The translations under genes were made by a program, and so were the position numbers. Below the pieces are notes generated by a model. The model searched no databases, was not told where the DNA came from, and was given only the letters and a program-made list of their open reading frames with translations. A stretch of DNA of 64,000 nt from Andalucia godoyi And28 (taxonomy: Eukaryota; Protista; Jakobida): positions 248,001 through 312,000 of the forward strand of contig VRVR01000012.1 of NCBI GenBank assembly GCA_009859145.1, written 5' to 3'. Shown here one piece after another: positions 9,572 through 20,473 of this stretch (positions are counted from its first letter, which is position 1; each line of letters starts with the position of its first letter).

Positions 9572-11092
9572 ATGTACGCATCTATGCAGCCACCATCCGT
9601 CACTCCAACTTATAGACCACCGACATCCGCAGCAAACTCGTATGCTGCACGTCATGTTCCTCCTCTCAATCTCTCCTCTTCTCCTTCGTCATCCTCTTCT
9701 CCTCCTCCTCCTCCTTCTTCTTCTTCTTCTTTTTCTGGTGGGCGTGGTGCGGCTGATGGTGCCGGCCCGTCATCAACGGCAAGAATGGGCTCCTTGTCTC
9801 AGTCTGCTCGATCATCTTCGGCTCCTCGCTACTCGACCGCTCGCAATTCCCGGACCTCGCACAGCAGCAACAATAGGAATGGGGACAACGACAGTAACAT
9901 CGGAAATGGAGACAACTCGCACTTTGATCATGCATACAAGTCGAGCGATTCCCATGCGTACTCGCCAACGCATTCCTCATATTCGTCGCATTCCATGGTA
10001 TCCTCTTCGCTGATGATTACTCCACGGACACCGAATGGCAGTGCAGTGAAGACCGAGTCATTTGCGACGCATATGGCACTGAAGCAGGCGGAGCACGATG
10101 AGTTGTTGTTGTCGAACCGGCTTTCTCGTTTGCGGCTGGAGGCTGTGCGCGCGGCAAAGAAGATCGAGGAAACGCGAGTTCGCGCGCAGCAGATCCGAGA
10201 GGCGCGACAAAGGACAGAGGCGCACAGTGCAGCTCGAGTGGCGCGCCAGATGGCTGCGGATGCGATGCGGATGGAAGAGACGCGTGTGCACGTGCGCGAG
10301 AAGCAGAGACGAGCGGCGGCAGTGTCGCGGTCTGTGCATCGACTTGCGGCAGAACGAAGAGCAGTAGCGATGGATGTGAGCGCCGCGACGGCTGCGAACG
10401 TGGCTGCGATGCGTGCTGCAGAGGAACGGAGAGTTCGAGAAGCCAGGGAGCAGAAGGAACGTGTGCGGATACTGGAGCAGCGGCTGAAAGAAAGAAGAGT
10501 GCGGGAGATGGCACAGCGCGAGGCAGAGGCTAGGCGAAAGGTCGAGGAACGCGTAAGAAAGGAACGAGAAGAAAAGGAGAGAAAGGAAAATGCTCTCAGG
10601 GCAATGGCCGAGGAGGAACGCGCACTTATCGAAAAACTGAGGGCCATGCAGGACGAACAGAGACGAGCGTTTCGAGACCTTGAAGATGCTCTCGAAGATG
10701 AACTTGGATATTACGAAGACCAAGATGCATTGGAGAACGACGATCGCGAGGCCTATCATGACCATCAGCTGGGTCATCAACATCTGGAGCAGGAACAAGA
10801 ACAGCAGCACCAGCAACAACAAGAAGAGCAGCAGCAAAGGTCGAGCGGCCACGCAGTGTCGTTTTCGACAAATGACAGTCCGTCACGAAATGAACGAGTG
10901 CCTGCATCACCGGAACCGCAAGTGCAGCCAGAACAAGTACCACTTTCTCGACAAGCGACTGCACCGGAAGCGGCAGCACCACTATCCGCTCCGCAGGAAG
11001 AGGAAGAGTACGAAGACGAGTTTGTGCAGAATGATGATGGCGAGAGTGACGTCGAGAACGCGACCGCTGACGTTGCATCAGCATCAAATTAA
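9572..11092 (+). CDS. Uncharacterised coiled-coil protein (Ser-rich N-terminus, R/E/A-rich coil, acidic tail)
   Basis: LLSNRLSRLRLEAVRAAKKIEETRVRAQQI followed by a long charged heptad region. First ATG is at 9572. Confidence 0.7.
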   Translation: MYASMQPPSVTPTYRPPTSAANSYAARHVPPLNLSSSPSSSSSPPPPPSSSSSFSGGRGAADGAGPSSTARMGSLSQSARSSSAPRYSTARNSRTSHSSNNRNGDNDSNIGNGDNSHFDHAYKSSDSHAYSPTHSSYSSHSMVSSSLMITPRTPNGSAVKTESFATHMALKQAEHDELLLSNRLSRLRLEAVRAAKKIEETRVRAQQIREARQRTEAHSAARVARQMAADAMRMEETRVHVREKQRRAAAVSRSVHRLAAERRAVAMDVSAATAANVAAMRAAEERRVREAREQKERVRILEQRLKERRVREMAQREAEARRKVEERVRKEREEKERKENALRAMAEEERALIEKLRAMQDEQRRAFRDLEDALEDELGYYEDQDALENDDREAYHDHQLGHQHLEQEQEQQHQQQQEEQQQRSSGHAVSFSTNDSPSRNERVPASPEPQVQPEQVPLSRQATAPEAAAPLSAPQEEEEYEDEFVQNDDGESDVENATADVASASN

Positions 11093-11276
11093 CGTGCATG
11101 ATTATTATTATTATTATTATTATCTCTTTTTTCCCTCCTTCAGTTTAAAGTCATTTATTTTGCGAAGCGAAATTCATTAATTTTTATATTAAAAAACGGA
11201 CAAGAATGGCAAGCCTGCCATGTCGTGTTCTGCATGTCTGCGCTAAAAAAGAAAGAATCGTGCCTGTGTCACCCAC

Positions 11277-14200
11277 CTAGTCATTCTCGGGGTGTTCAAG
11301 CCCATATGCAGATGAAGAGGACGACGAAACCGCGGTTTCGGTGGAAATGGAGTGCAGAAGGAGTGGTTCGTGAAGATTTCGACGAGCTACCGGGGCTGCG
11401 CGTCGGTGCAAGCGGTTGTGAATAAGGATCTTATACAGGGGCTTCGAGAGGACAAAAAACAAGATCACAGACATGATAAGTAGACTCAGAATGCGAGCGG
11501 TCGAGATGTTCAATGTTTCATCGTCGATACCTCCAAGAACATTGCCGATGGCCACAAGAGCTGCTAGCGAGAAAATCTCAAGGAAATTATCCAGCGACGA
11601 ATGGTACGGACGCGCAAGCGTGCTGATCAGCAATATGCCCAGATTCACAAGATTGACAGAACGGCGACGGAAATCGTGCACAGGGGACGATGAGAATATG
11701 ACAAACACTGAAATCAGAATGATCTTACGAACAAGTACCACAACTTCAAACAGACAGAACCGAGGCTTGTAAATAGCGACAAAGGGGCTCACAAACGGAG
11801 GACTCGCATCTCCGTGAGAAGGAGAAACTGTGTCGTGAACGATGCTCGCTTCGGAAGTTGAGTTTGAAGTTGAAACGTGTTTGGGACCGCCAATCGGCAT
11901 TTGACGCTTCCAAATATACCAGGCAACCGCCAGCGGCCATACGCACACGATAATCAAAAGAATCACAAAAAGGGGCAAGACTGCACGATATTCTGCGCTC
12001 GTGCAATCAATGGAGGGATCAGTTGCGACAACAAAATGAGAATCCACATGATAGCAGTCCAAAAATGAAAAGGATACGCGGGCAAACGTTTGAAAACTCA
12101 GTGTTGCCAGAACTTGCGCAGTCTTCACAAAGGCATCGATGTTGCAGAGACGGCGGAGGAACGTATTAGAACGGACATGCAGGGGAAACAGAAACAACGG
12201 CAACCGCGTGGCTTTGCACACAGTGATGATCCCAAAGGAGAGAGCGAGAAGGGAAAAAAGGAGTAGCGGAAGTAGAGCATCCGTGACCATAACACCAATC
12301 CCAGAGCGAGGATACGGGCATTGGGACGCCGACGGCGAAAATCCCTGAATCGAAATGAGACCATCCCCCTGAAAAAGTACGTTAGGGAAGAACAGAAGCG
12401 CCAGAGTCTGCATGTAATTTCCAAAAATACGAGTTGTTGCGGAAGCTCCTTGCGACCACACATGCTGCAGGAGTACAAACAACCAAGAGAGAACGAGAGC
12501 ACCGAAAATGACAACGCCATTCGCGCTTTCACAGATCATGCAATCACCGTTCCAGGGACTGCATCCATGATCACAGGCGCTACAGAGCACGGACAGCGGA
12601 TCTCGATGCGCTGCACAAACACCGCCATCCAAACAAGCAGTTGGGCTGCAGGCAAACATGTTCACATGTCCGGCATCCTCATAGACATGCGCCCACCACC
12701 CTTGCTTCCAGACCACAGAGTCTGGAAAGCACTCGGCCTGTGAGATCGATGGACACGTATAGCATCCGCCAAACGTCCCGCTCGCAACGTTGTACTCTTG
12801 TCCGGCGATGCAGTTTCGACAAACGAACTGGTCGTAGACATATCCCGTTCCCGCAGGACAACCAACGATACGGACTGTCACATTGGGGCCGTAGCCGTCC
12901 GGAGACAAGGACGGACGAGTCCTTCCCAGCACGCCAAACAGGGTAACAAATTCGGTAGATGGAAACGCCGTTATCGGCACATGCCCTTCGGCGACACCCG
13001 AAGTATTGAAAAACGCTCCCGTGGGGCTATTGATTGGGCAATCCAAGCAACCGTACAAAATTCCGTCCTGATCGATAATCGCGGTGTGATTGAAGGAATC
13101 CTTGACGACAGTTGACAAGAAAAACGAGGGATCTCCCGGATACACAGACAATGAAGATCCCCATGATTCAATGAATGCCGGGCTGGAAGCTACTATTGTA
13201 CCAAAAGATGCAGAGTTGTTATACTCCAACAAGCCGCTGAACGGTGGATGGCAACCAGCGTTCACTGGAAACAACGAAATATACAAGATAGCTCCGCCAA
13301 ATGTCGCGCGATTCTTTGTAAAGATGCAATCACTGCAAAACACAATCGAGCAGTCAAGGTCCGCAAAATCAAATGATGAATAATCAACGCCAAACACAGC
13401 GCCTCCAAATGCAGAGTTGTCTGTGGCGAGCATCCGTTTCACAAGGAGTTGAGACCCCACAGTGGCAACGGCACCCCCAATATTCGAAGCGACTTGACGA
13501 GAAAACCGTACATCCGATGCATTCAACCCAGCACTTAACCTGCCAAGATAAACACCAGCACCATTCAACGCAGCATTGTTCGCAAAGAACGATTCTGAAA
13601 TGCTAACAGATCCGGACAAGACATAAATGGTTCCGTTGCCGGAAATAGCAATGTTGGAAAAGAAACGACACCTCGTGAAGCTCACCCTCCCGTCGAATAC
13701 GTAAACAGCGCTTCCGCCGACAGCAGAGTGTTTCACATTCAAGAATGAAAATTGGGAATCCACCACTTCGACTGTACCACTTTGAATGAATAAAGCCAGT
13801 CCTCTGGCATCTGCGGTTGCATCTGGGGCAGACAAGTTTGTAAATTTGCATCCTGCAAATGTGTGGTCTCCAGAAGAAACAAGGACCCCAACTGCAGAGT
13901 TTCCAGTCGCAGACGAGAACGAGCAGTTCACGAACGTGCTTATGCCAGAATTGAGGACAATGTGGCCAAACGCAGAGACAGAGTAATTCTGAAAGGAAAT
14001 CGAGTCAAACACGGGATTGCCCCTCTGCACGTAGATATTATCCCCCGTCAGCGCTGAATTCTCAAGAAACAAGGAGTTTCTGATTGTCAAAAACTGGCTG
14101 ATGAAAACCGCTCCGCCTTGTCCACCGGCGGAAACAAAGTTCCTAGAGAAAGTGCAATTCGATATTTCAACAGGGAGTGTCGGGGCCCCGAAAGCGGAAG

Positions 14201-15833
14201 AAGCCGAAACGGCCCCTCCTGAACCTCCTGCCGCAATGACTGCGTTGCCGTGCAAGGTTGAATTGAGAAGATGAAGAGCGGCACTGTTCACAGATATGGC
14301 GCCTCCGCCTCCTGATGATGCATCATTCGCCCTGTTATACTGTAACATGCAAGACGTAATCATTGCGAATGCACCAGTTTGCAGGAAAATTGCACCGCCA
14401 GCGGGGGCACTGTTCCCGCTGAACAAGGAACTTCCAAGGATGCGCAAAGTGGAATAGGGTCCAGACAGGAACGCAGCTCCGCCACCCCAAAACTGAGAAA
14501 CTGACCTGCTGAACGATGAAGGTCCAAAAATGCTGATGACTGACAGAGGCCCGGAGAATCCGGACAGCACAAGCAAGGAACCGCCACCTTGCTGCGTATT
14601 GTTGACAGCGCCATTGCCAACAAAATTTGACGCTCCTCTAATGTAGACAGCCCCAGCTTCGACAGCAATTGCACCGCCTCCGCTCGAAAGATTCGACTCA
14701 AAGAGTGCGTGGGAAGAATCAGAAAAGTCACAGGCTCCGCCTGCAACAGCAATGGCTCCGCCAATTCTACCTGCGTTATTGCCGACAAAAGATATTTCAG
14801 ATGCAGAGAAGGACACAGAACTTCCGGTAAACATGAATATTGCGCCTCCAGACTGTCCCGCCGAATTGTCTGCGAAGAGCAATGGCGACTTAAATTGCAA
14901 CCCTCCTCTCTGGATCCAAATTGCGCCTCCGTTCAGGAAAGTGCAGCTCGACGCTCGCGTGGATGCAAGACTATTACGAAGGAAGGTGACGTTTGCGCTG
15001 ACTACCATTTCTGCAAAGAGTGAATCAACATAGAATGCGCCTCCGAGACACGCTGCATTGTCACGGAAGCTGAGAGTCCCATTCGCAGAAAACACAGAAT
15101 CGAAGCTCGTCGAATTGACATATAGAACACCGCCAACTTGGGCAAAATTTCTTGAAAACGAGTTGTTTCCTGTGAACAAGAGAGAGCACGGCTGGCTTCC
15201 GCAATTCAACGACAAGACACCTCCAAATTGAGCAGAACTGCGCCATCCATTCGATGTAAACGACGAATCCTGCACAAACACCGTTGCTGCAGCGTGTTGA
15301 ACCAAAATGACGCTGCCCGCTGTTTGCTGAACATTGACGTTCAGAAAGTACGCACTCGTATTATCACTTCTCATCGCTACGATGCTGTCGAACTGCTGAA
15401 AATCAAGGAACGACAGCGCAATTCGACGGCCGCGGTTCAAAGCAATGAATGGACCGCTGGACAACGACCCATTCAACACAGGAGATACGCCGTTGTCCAA
15501 AGTGCCTATCAAAAGAGAGAGGTCTGGCAGCGGAACCATTGGACTTGCAATCCCGAAAGCGCCTTGGGAGGACAGCAGTACCATTCGAATTGGATTGTTT
15601 CCAGCCGCACGCAAGCACCGTCCAAGCTGCAAGTCACTAAATGCACACGGATCTGAAACATTTGTGCATGGATTAGATGCATCGTTCGCTCCAAAAGCAG
15701 AAAAGTAAAACGTTGCCGTCGGAGAATACACGATCGAAAACGGATTGAACGGATCGAGAGTCTCTGTCGCTGCTGCACATCCCGTGATATGCAAAAACAA
15801 AAGTATAATATAAACAGCCTTCAGCTCACGCAT
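11277..15833 (-). CDS. Large surface protein: signal peptide, Pmp-like parallel beta-helix repeats, Cys-rich stalk, multi-pass TM C-terminus
   Basis: Signal peptide MRELKAVYIILLFLHITGCAAA; many GGA(I/V/L) and FxxN motifs; Cys-rich CPAGTGY...CRNC...CYTC; about 7 or more hydrophobic helices; cytoplasmic tail. Confidence 0.8.
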   Translation of the reverse strand: MRELKAVYIILLFLHITGCAAATETLDPFNPFSIVYSPTATFYFSAFGANDASNPCTNVSDPCAFSDLQLGRCLRAAGNNPIRMVLLSSQGAFGIASPMVPLPDLSLLIGTLDNGVSPVLNGSLSSGPFIALNRGRRIALSFLDFQQFDSIVAMRSDNTSAYFLNVNVQQTAGSVILVQHAAATVFVQDSSFTSNGWRSSAQFGGVLSLNCGSQPCSLLFTGNNSFSRNFAQVGGVLYVNSTSFDSVFSANGTLSFRDNAACLGGAFYVDSLFAEMVVSANVTFLRNSLASTRASSCTFLNGGAIWIQRGGLQFKSPLLFADNSAGQSGGAIFMFTGSSVSFSASEISFVGNNAGRIGGAIAVAGGACDFSDSSHALFESNLSSGGGAIAVEAGAVYIRGASNFVGNGAVNNTQQGGGSLLVLSGFSGPLSVISIFGPSSFSRSVSQFWGGGAAFLSGPYSTLRILGSSLFSGNSAPAGGAIFLQTGAFAMITSCMLQYNRANDASSGGGGAISVNSAALHLLNSTLHGNAVIAAGGSGGAVSASSAFGAPTLPVEISNCTFSRNFVSAGGQGGAVFISQFLTIRNSLFLENSALTGDNIYVQRGNPVFDSISFQNYSVSAFGHIVLNSGISTFVNCSFSSATGNSAVGVLVSSGDHTFAGCKFTNLSAPDATADARGLALFIQSGTVEVVDSQFSFLNVKHSAVGGSAVYVFDGRVSFTRCRFFSNIAISGNGTIYVLSGSVSISESFFANNAALNGAGVYLGRLSAGLNASDVRFSRQVASNIGGAVATVGSQLLVKRMLATDNSAFGGAVFGVDYSSFDFADLDCSIVFCSDCIFTKNRATFGGAILYISLFPVNAGCHPPFSGLLEYNNSASFGTIVASSPAFIESWGSSLSVYPGDPSFFLSTVVKDSFNHTAIIDQDGILYGCLDCPINSPTGAFFNTSGVAEGHVPITAFPSTEFVTLFGVLGRTRPSLSPDGYGPNVTVRIVGCPAGTGYVYDQFVCRNCIAGQEYNVASGTFGGCYTCPSISQAECFPDSVVWKQGWWAHVYEDAGHVNMFACSPTACLDGGVCAAHRDPLSVLCSACDHGCSPWNGDCMICESANGVVIFGALVLSWLFVLLQHVWSQGASATTRIFGNYMQTLALLFFPNVLFQGDGLISIQGFSPSASQCPYPRSGIGVMVTDALLPLLLFSLLALSFGIITVCKATRLPLFLFPLHVRSNTFLRRLCNIDAFVKTAQVLATLSFQTFARVSFSFLDCYHVDSHFVVATDPSIDCTSAEYRAVLPLFVILLIIVCVWPLAVAWYIWKRQMPIGGPKHVSTSNSTSEASIVHDTVSPSHGDASPPFVSPFVAIYKPRFCLFEVVVLVRKIILISVFVIFSSSPVHDFRRRSVNLVNLGILLISTLARPYHSSLDNFLEIFSLAALVAIGNVLGGIDDETLNISTARILSLLIMSVILFFVLSKPLYKILIHNRLHRRAAPVARRNLHEPLLLHSISTETAVSSSSSSAYGLEHPEND

Positions 15834-16270
15834 CAGAGCCCTTGGGAGCACTCCATGAGCCTGAATTGCGTACCTCCAATGAGACTCGATTTCCATAAAA
15901 TGTGCCAACACTGCTCGCAAACGCCTCTCAAATCATTTTCATTGCAGCCTTTTTTTTTTCTTTTTCTTTTTTGAACATGCAGCTTGGCGTTTCATACGGT
16001 CAAAAACAAAATCGGAATATCATCATCACACTACGACTGCAGCCAGTACTCTCTTTGCGATGCACTGGATCCGACACACGGGAAACACCTGTGGCTTCAT
16101 GTGATGCTTACCTCTTCTTATGAATCTTGTTTTTTCTCTCGTTTTTTCCTCTTGTTGTTTTGCCATTTTTCTTTTTTGCCGTTCTTTTATTGTAGTTTTC
16201 TTTTTCGTTTTCCTTGGCGTTGTACTTTTGTGGATTCGCAGATTTATCCTCGTACTGTTCCTTTTCTTTA

Positions 16271-18676
16271 ATGGAATCGCTGTATTTGAGCGCAGTTCGC
16301 GGCTTGGTGACTGCTGATATTTTCCGAGATGTGGAGCGAACAGTCTATGGGTTTTTGAACCACGAAATCAGTTCTTCGTTTGCCGCTGAGCAGATTTGTT
16401 CGCTCTTGGCACACTGCCCGTTTCTTGCTTATGGCTTTAATGCTTTTCTGCCTGTGGAGTTCCACATTACTCATTCGTATCTTCAAAAAATCGCATCGCA
16501 ACAATCGTTTGACATTGAAAGACGCGCTCTGAAAGAGTCGTCTGCTACGGAAATGGATCTGTCGTCGACGAGTTACTCGATGAAGCGACTGAGGGATGCT
16601 GCGTCTCCTCCTCAGGATCGCTCCTCCGATAAGCTGGCGGACGAGCAGCGTTTGTCGAAAAGGCAGCGTACCGCGAAATATGGTTGGGAGGGTGATGACG
16701 CAAGTCGTTCTGGTGGAGTTGTCGGCAGGCAAGTCGAGATGTTGGCTGCTGCTTCGGCTAAAAAAGCATCTCCTTCGTCCGTAATTGCCTCAGTGCAGAA
16801 GGGTTTCGCTGGGATTCCGTCTATTATGCCCCGGACTGGGCTTATCAAGAGGGTGCAGCTGTCGCATGAAGCGGAATCGCGACCGTTTTCGTTCAAACCC
16901 GTAGATGCTCCAGTTGTTTCAGTGGGAATGGAGGAGCCGACACCGTCGTCTTCTGCTTCGAAGAACGAATCCCCTATGCAGCCACCAGTTGTAGAAAAGA
17001 AGAAGGCAGATGGTGTGCAACAGCAGCAGACCGATGTGGAGAAACCGATTGCTTTAGAACTTCAGAAGGCTCCCATTTCTAGCGCCCTTCCGGAAGACCC
17101 TGCTTCTAAGAAGACTCCCGCAAAGCCCTCTTCGGATGTCCCCGAGCCCACGCTGTCCTTCTTGCCGAAACTCGTGAATTCTCAAGACAGGAAGGTCACG
17201 TCTCCCGCGTCCCCGGAACCGCCGAAAGGGGAGGCATCGAATGGCCTTTCGTTTACGTTTGTTCCTACTACTCCTTCTTCGGAAAGTGAAAAGACCGGAG
17301 CAGAAGTTGCGCCCTTGACGACAGGAAAGGAAAAGGTGCAAGAGAAGCCTGCTGTGGGTGGATTTGTACTGTCTTCTGGCCTTTCCAAGTTCACAAATGG
17401 TAATGATAAGGACTCGACGTTTGTTCCACCTGTTTCGTTGCCGTTCAAGCTTCCCTCTGGTGTGCCTGCTGCATTTTCCAATGTTTCAGACTCTGTGCAG
17501 GACATCAACGTCAATGAAAAAGAGAAGGAAAAGGAAAAAGAAAAAGGCGAGGTCGTCTTTGCAACAACTGAAAAACCGGCTGTGTCACTTTTCGGCATAC
17601 CCGCATTTTCACCGCAGTTTGCGAGTGCTGGTTCTACTGCAAAGGCAGAGGACCCAAAGACAAACACAAGTAGCACTCTTGCACCGAATTTTTCGGCGTT
17701 CTCCAACTTTTCCTCAGTGCCGTCAAGCACCGGTTCCACATCACTGGGGACCGGACCAGCTGCTATCAACACCCCTGCTGCCGTCGCACCTCCTGCGTCA
17801 TCCATCTCTGCAGCGCCTTCTTCATCGGCATCTGCTTCATCGCCGTTTACGTTTGGTGTCAGCCATTCCACTACAGACGCCTCACATGCCAGTGCGCCAG
17901 AGAAGCCAAAGGTTCTTGAATCAGAGCCCGTGAAACCTGCGTTTCCCTCTCTGTTCCCGCCAGCGGCAGGTGCAGTAGTTGGCTCAGAAGGATTGCAACC
18001 GGTCTCCAAGAACATCTTTTCTTTCAGCACAGCCCAACCGGCTTCGCAGTCTGCTCCAGCAGGCTCTGCGTTAAGTACAGGAACTACATCTTTATCAGAG
18101 ACTGCCCCTCTGTTTCCCAATCCATTCGCGTCTGCAACAAGTTCTGCATCTACTGCGCCGTCAAACCCCGTGAGCTTTCCGATTGGCAACACAAGTTTTC
18201 TGAATCCGTTTGCAGCTAACCCGACAGCCGGAAATCCTTTTGTTTCAAGTGGGATCGCAGGCACGCTGGCAGCTTCCGCTGGCTCCAGCAGCGAGCCGAA
18301 GAAGGATGCACCGACTTCCTTCTCCTTTGCGAAGCCTGCGACTTCTGGGAATCCGTTTGGCTTGCCGCCCGTGTCGAGCAACAGTATATTTTCGGCGGCA
18401 CCCGCTTCCGCTTCTGCAGCATCGACGACAACCAGTGGGTTTGCTGCGCCCAGCTCGACCTTTTCTGCTTTGGCCTCCTCGAACGTAGCCCCTGTTTTTT
18501 CGCCCATGGGTTCTTCCAGTGCGTTTGGTGCATTCAATTCTGGAGGATTTGCGAACCCCTTTGCTGCCCCCGCTTCCAATGGGGAAATGCCGAGATCTTC
18601 ATCAACTACCAGCGTGGATTCGACAGGAGTTCCCACGGGCAGAAGACCTGTCAAGCCGAAGAAACGGCTTGCGTAA
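16271..18676 (+). CDS. FG-repeat nucleoporin (Nup153/Nup1-like) with N-terminal PAH (Sin3-like) domain
   Basis: N-terminal ...QICSLLAHCPFLAYGFNAFLPVEFHI resembles PAH1 (...[25 protein letters not shown]). FTFG/FSF/NPF/AFGAF repeats in an S/A/P/T-rich C-terminal half. Basic C-terminus GRRPVKPKKRLA. Confidence 0.7.
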   Translation: MESLYLSAVRGLVTADIFRDVERTVYGFLNHEISSSFAAEQICSLLAHCPFLAYGFNAFLPVEFHITHSYLQKIASQQSFDIERRALKESSATEMDLSSTSYSMKRLRDAASPPQDRSSDKLADEQRLSKRQRTAKYGWEGDDASRSGGVVGRQVEMLAAASAKKASPSSVIASVQKGFAGIPSIMPRTGLIKRVQLSHEAESRPFSFKPVDAPVVSVGMEEPTPSSSASKNESPMQPPVVEKKKADGVQQQQTDVEKPIALELQKAPISSALPEDPASKKTPAKPSSDVPEPTLSFLPKLVNSQDRKVTSPASPEPPKGEASNGLSFTFVPTTPSSESEKTGAEVAPLTTGKEKVQEKPAVGGFVLSSGLSKFTNGNDKDSTFVPPVSLPFKLPSGVPAAFSNVSDSVQDINVNEKEKEKEKEKGEVVFATTEKPAVSLFGIPAFSPQFASAGSTAKAEDPKTNTSSTLAPNFSAFSNFSSVPSSTGSTSLGTGPAAINTPAAVAPPASSISAAPSSSASASSPFTFGVSHSTTDASHASAPEKPKVLESEPVKPAFPSLFPPAAGAVVGSEGLQPVSKNIFSFSTAQPASQSAPAGSALSTGTTSLSETAPLFPNPFASATSSASTAPSNPVSFPIGNTSFLNPFAANPTAGNPFVSSGIAGTLAASAGSSSEPKKDAPTSFSFAKPATSGNPFGLPPVSSNSIFSAAPASASAASTTTSGFAAPSSTFSALASSNVAPVFSPMGSSSAFGAFNSGGFANPFAAPASNGEMPRSSSTTSVDSTGVPTGRRPVKPKKRLA

Positions 18677-19051
18677 AGCTGCATCGCGATTTCCGCGGTT
18701 GTTGCCGTCGTATCTTCTCTCATGCAGGATAATGATCTCGTGAGCTGTCTTTCCGAGTCCGGAGCATGCCTGGTAAAAAGAAAAAACATTTCCGATCATG
18801 AGGTTTCTCTTCTCACAAACGCACGTATATCCTTCGAAACTCGAAGTGAGCATAAATGTCCGGCAACAGGGGGAAAAAACAGTTCTCCAGAGGAGACTTT
18901 CGTTGCAAGCACGAAGAACACTGTTTTAACAAAATACATTTATGAAGTTAATAATGATAATGATAATTATTAATAATTAATAATCAGATATCTTATTTCT
19001 TCCACCACAGTGTGCGAAAGACATTTGAGAGCGAGTAAGAATCCTGCGAAC

Positions 19052-20473
19052 ATGGATCCTATCCTTCCAGATGGCACGCCTCGCAAGAAGATGGCATCGC
19101 CGGGAAAGCCACTGACGCCGGCCAAAAGGGTTTCTAGTGCGCAAGTGGTAGAAGACATGCTAATTATAGCCGAAGATTCAGTATCGTCGACGTACTCCTC
19201 TGCTTCTACTCACGCCACACCCATCCACAATCGTCTAGCATCCGGTGCTAGTGCCTCTTCGTCTTCCTCAACGCCTCTTGCAACCCCTATTTTTTCATCT
19301 TCGACCACTCCTGGGAAAAGGATCCGTCTTTCTCGCACGGATATTCTCGGGCTGCTTAACGAAAAGGATCAATCATCCTCAAGCGGTACTCTCAAAACAC
19401 GCGCACAGTCTCTGGCAAGTGAGTTTGCTGCTATCAAGAACGGAACCCCAACGAAGATCGAGGCAGCTTCGTTCGTACCACCCGTTCCCGTTGTACATTC
19501 CAAGCCGTCGATCGATAGTGAACAGCATCATGAAGCACAACTTCGGTCCGAGAGTCCCAAAAGAGTGTTTGCGGATTCTCTGGAAATCGCTAGGCTCCCG
19601 GAATCTTACAGAATGCTGTACTCGCAGTTTGCGGCGCTGGAGACAGCGTTCATGTTCTTGCACATGCGGAAACAAACAACCTCGCTACCCCGACTGAGAG
19701 AAGCAGTGCAAAGAATCACGAAAAAGGTGTTTGAAGACAAGCACCTTGCTCAGGCCCTGTACCTGTTTCCAGAGTCTTATCGGGTGCAGGTAGGAGTGGA
19801 TTCACAGCTTGTGCTTCTTGCGGACGAAGTGCCCCTGAAACCGGATCGAGTTGACCAGTTCCGAGATCGACTCGTTGCATTTTGGGAGTCGGTGGCGAAG
19901 ACGGATAATGTCGAGGTTCCGGAGATGATACTGCCGCTTGCGCAAGAAAAGAAAGCGTATTCGTACGCGTCTTTCAAGGAAGATGTCCAGGCGATTATTC
20001 CAAAGGTAGAATCTCCCATGATCCGCGCTGCGCTGGAACGAAAATATGGCTCGCCCTCGAAGTTTGTCGAACGGGAGGATCTGAAAGGAATCGCTCCGCA
20101 CATTGTAGAAATGGTTCGAAAAAAGGAAATGGAACGACAGCTTGTCCGAGATTCTGGTTACTTGGAACGCATGCAAAAACGGAAGGACGTCCAAGAGGCA
20201 ATTGCACTGATGGACTGCACTCGGAGCATCATGAAAGCAGAAAAGAAGTCGTCGATGATGCTCGAAGACCTCAAGAAGAAGGTCCATCCAGCAATGAGAA
20301 TACCTGTATCCAAAGAGAGATTGACGGAACTGGTGGAAATGTTGCTAAGAGAGGCGCCAGAGTGGGCGCGCCTCCAGGACATTTCGAGCGGCAAATGTTT
20401 TGTGCTTTCAAAGTCTGCGGATGCCAAGGTCGCCGACATCAAGAACCGGTTGCAAAGTTTGATACCTGAATAG
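19052..20473 (+). CDS. CDT1: DNA replication licensing factor Cdt1
   Basis: LPESYRMLYSQFAALETAFMFLHMRKQ...AVQRITKKVFEDKHLAQALYLFPESY matches the Cdt1 geminin-binding domain; C-terminal winged helix (LLREAPEW); S/T-P sites in the N-terminus. Confidence 0.85.
   Translation: MDPILPDGTPRKKMASPGKPLTPAKRVSSAQVVEDMLIIAEDSVSSTYSSASTHATPIHNRLASGASASSSSSTPLATPIFSSSTTPGKRIRLSRTDILGLLNEKDQSSSSGTLKTRAQSLASEFAAIKNGTPTKIEAASFVPPVPVVHSKPSIDSEQHHEAQLRSESPKRVFADSLEIARLPESYRMLYSQFAALETAFMFLHMRKQTTSLPRLREAVQRITKKVFEDKHLAQALYLFPESYRVQVGVDSQLVLLADEVPLKPDRVDQFRDRLVAFWESVAKTDNVEVPEMILPLAQEKKAYSYASFKEDVQAIIPKVESPMIRAALERKYGSPSKFVEREDLKGIAPHIVEMVRKKEMERQLVRDSGYLERMQKRKDVQEAIALMDCTRSIMKAEKKSSMMLEDLKKKVHPAMRIPVSKERLTELVEMLLREAPEWARLQDISSGKCFVLSKSADAKVADIKNRLQSLIPE

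Noticed and set aside
8908-9615. 235-aa hydrophobic ORF
   Set aside because: Produced by T-rich intergenic and (GTT)n sequence; no family signal.
9928-10852. Long antisense ORFs (239 and 264 aa)
   Set aside because: Shadows of the repetitive coiled-coil gene on the plus strand.
17182-18789. 535-aa antisense ORF
   Set aside because: Shadow of the S/A/P/T-rich nucleoporin-like gene; no independent motifs.
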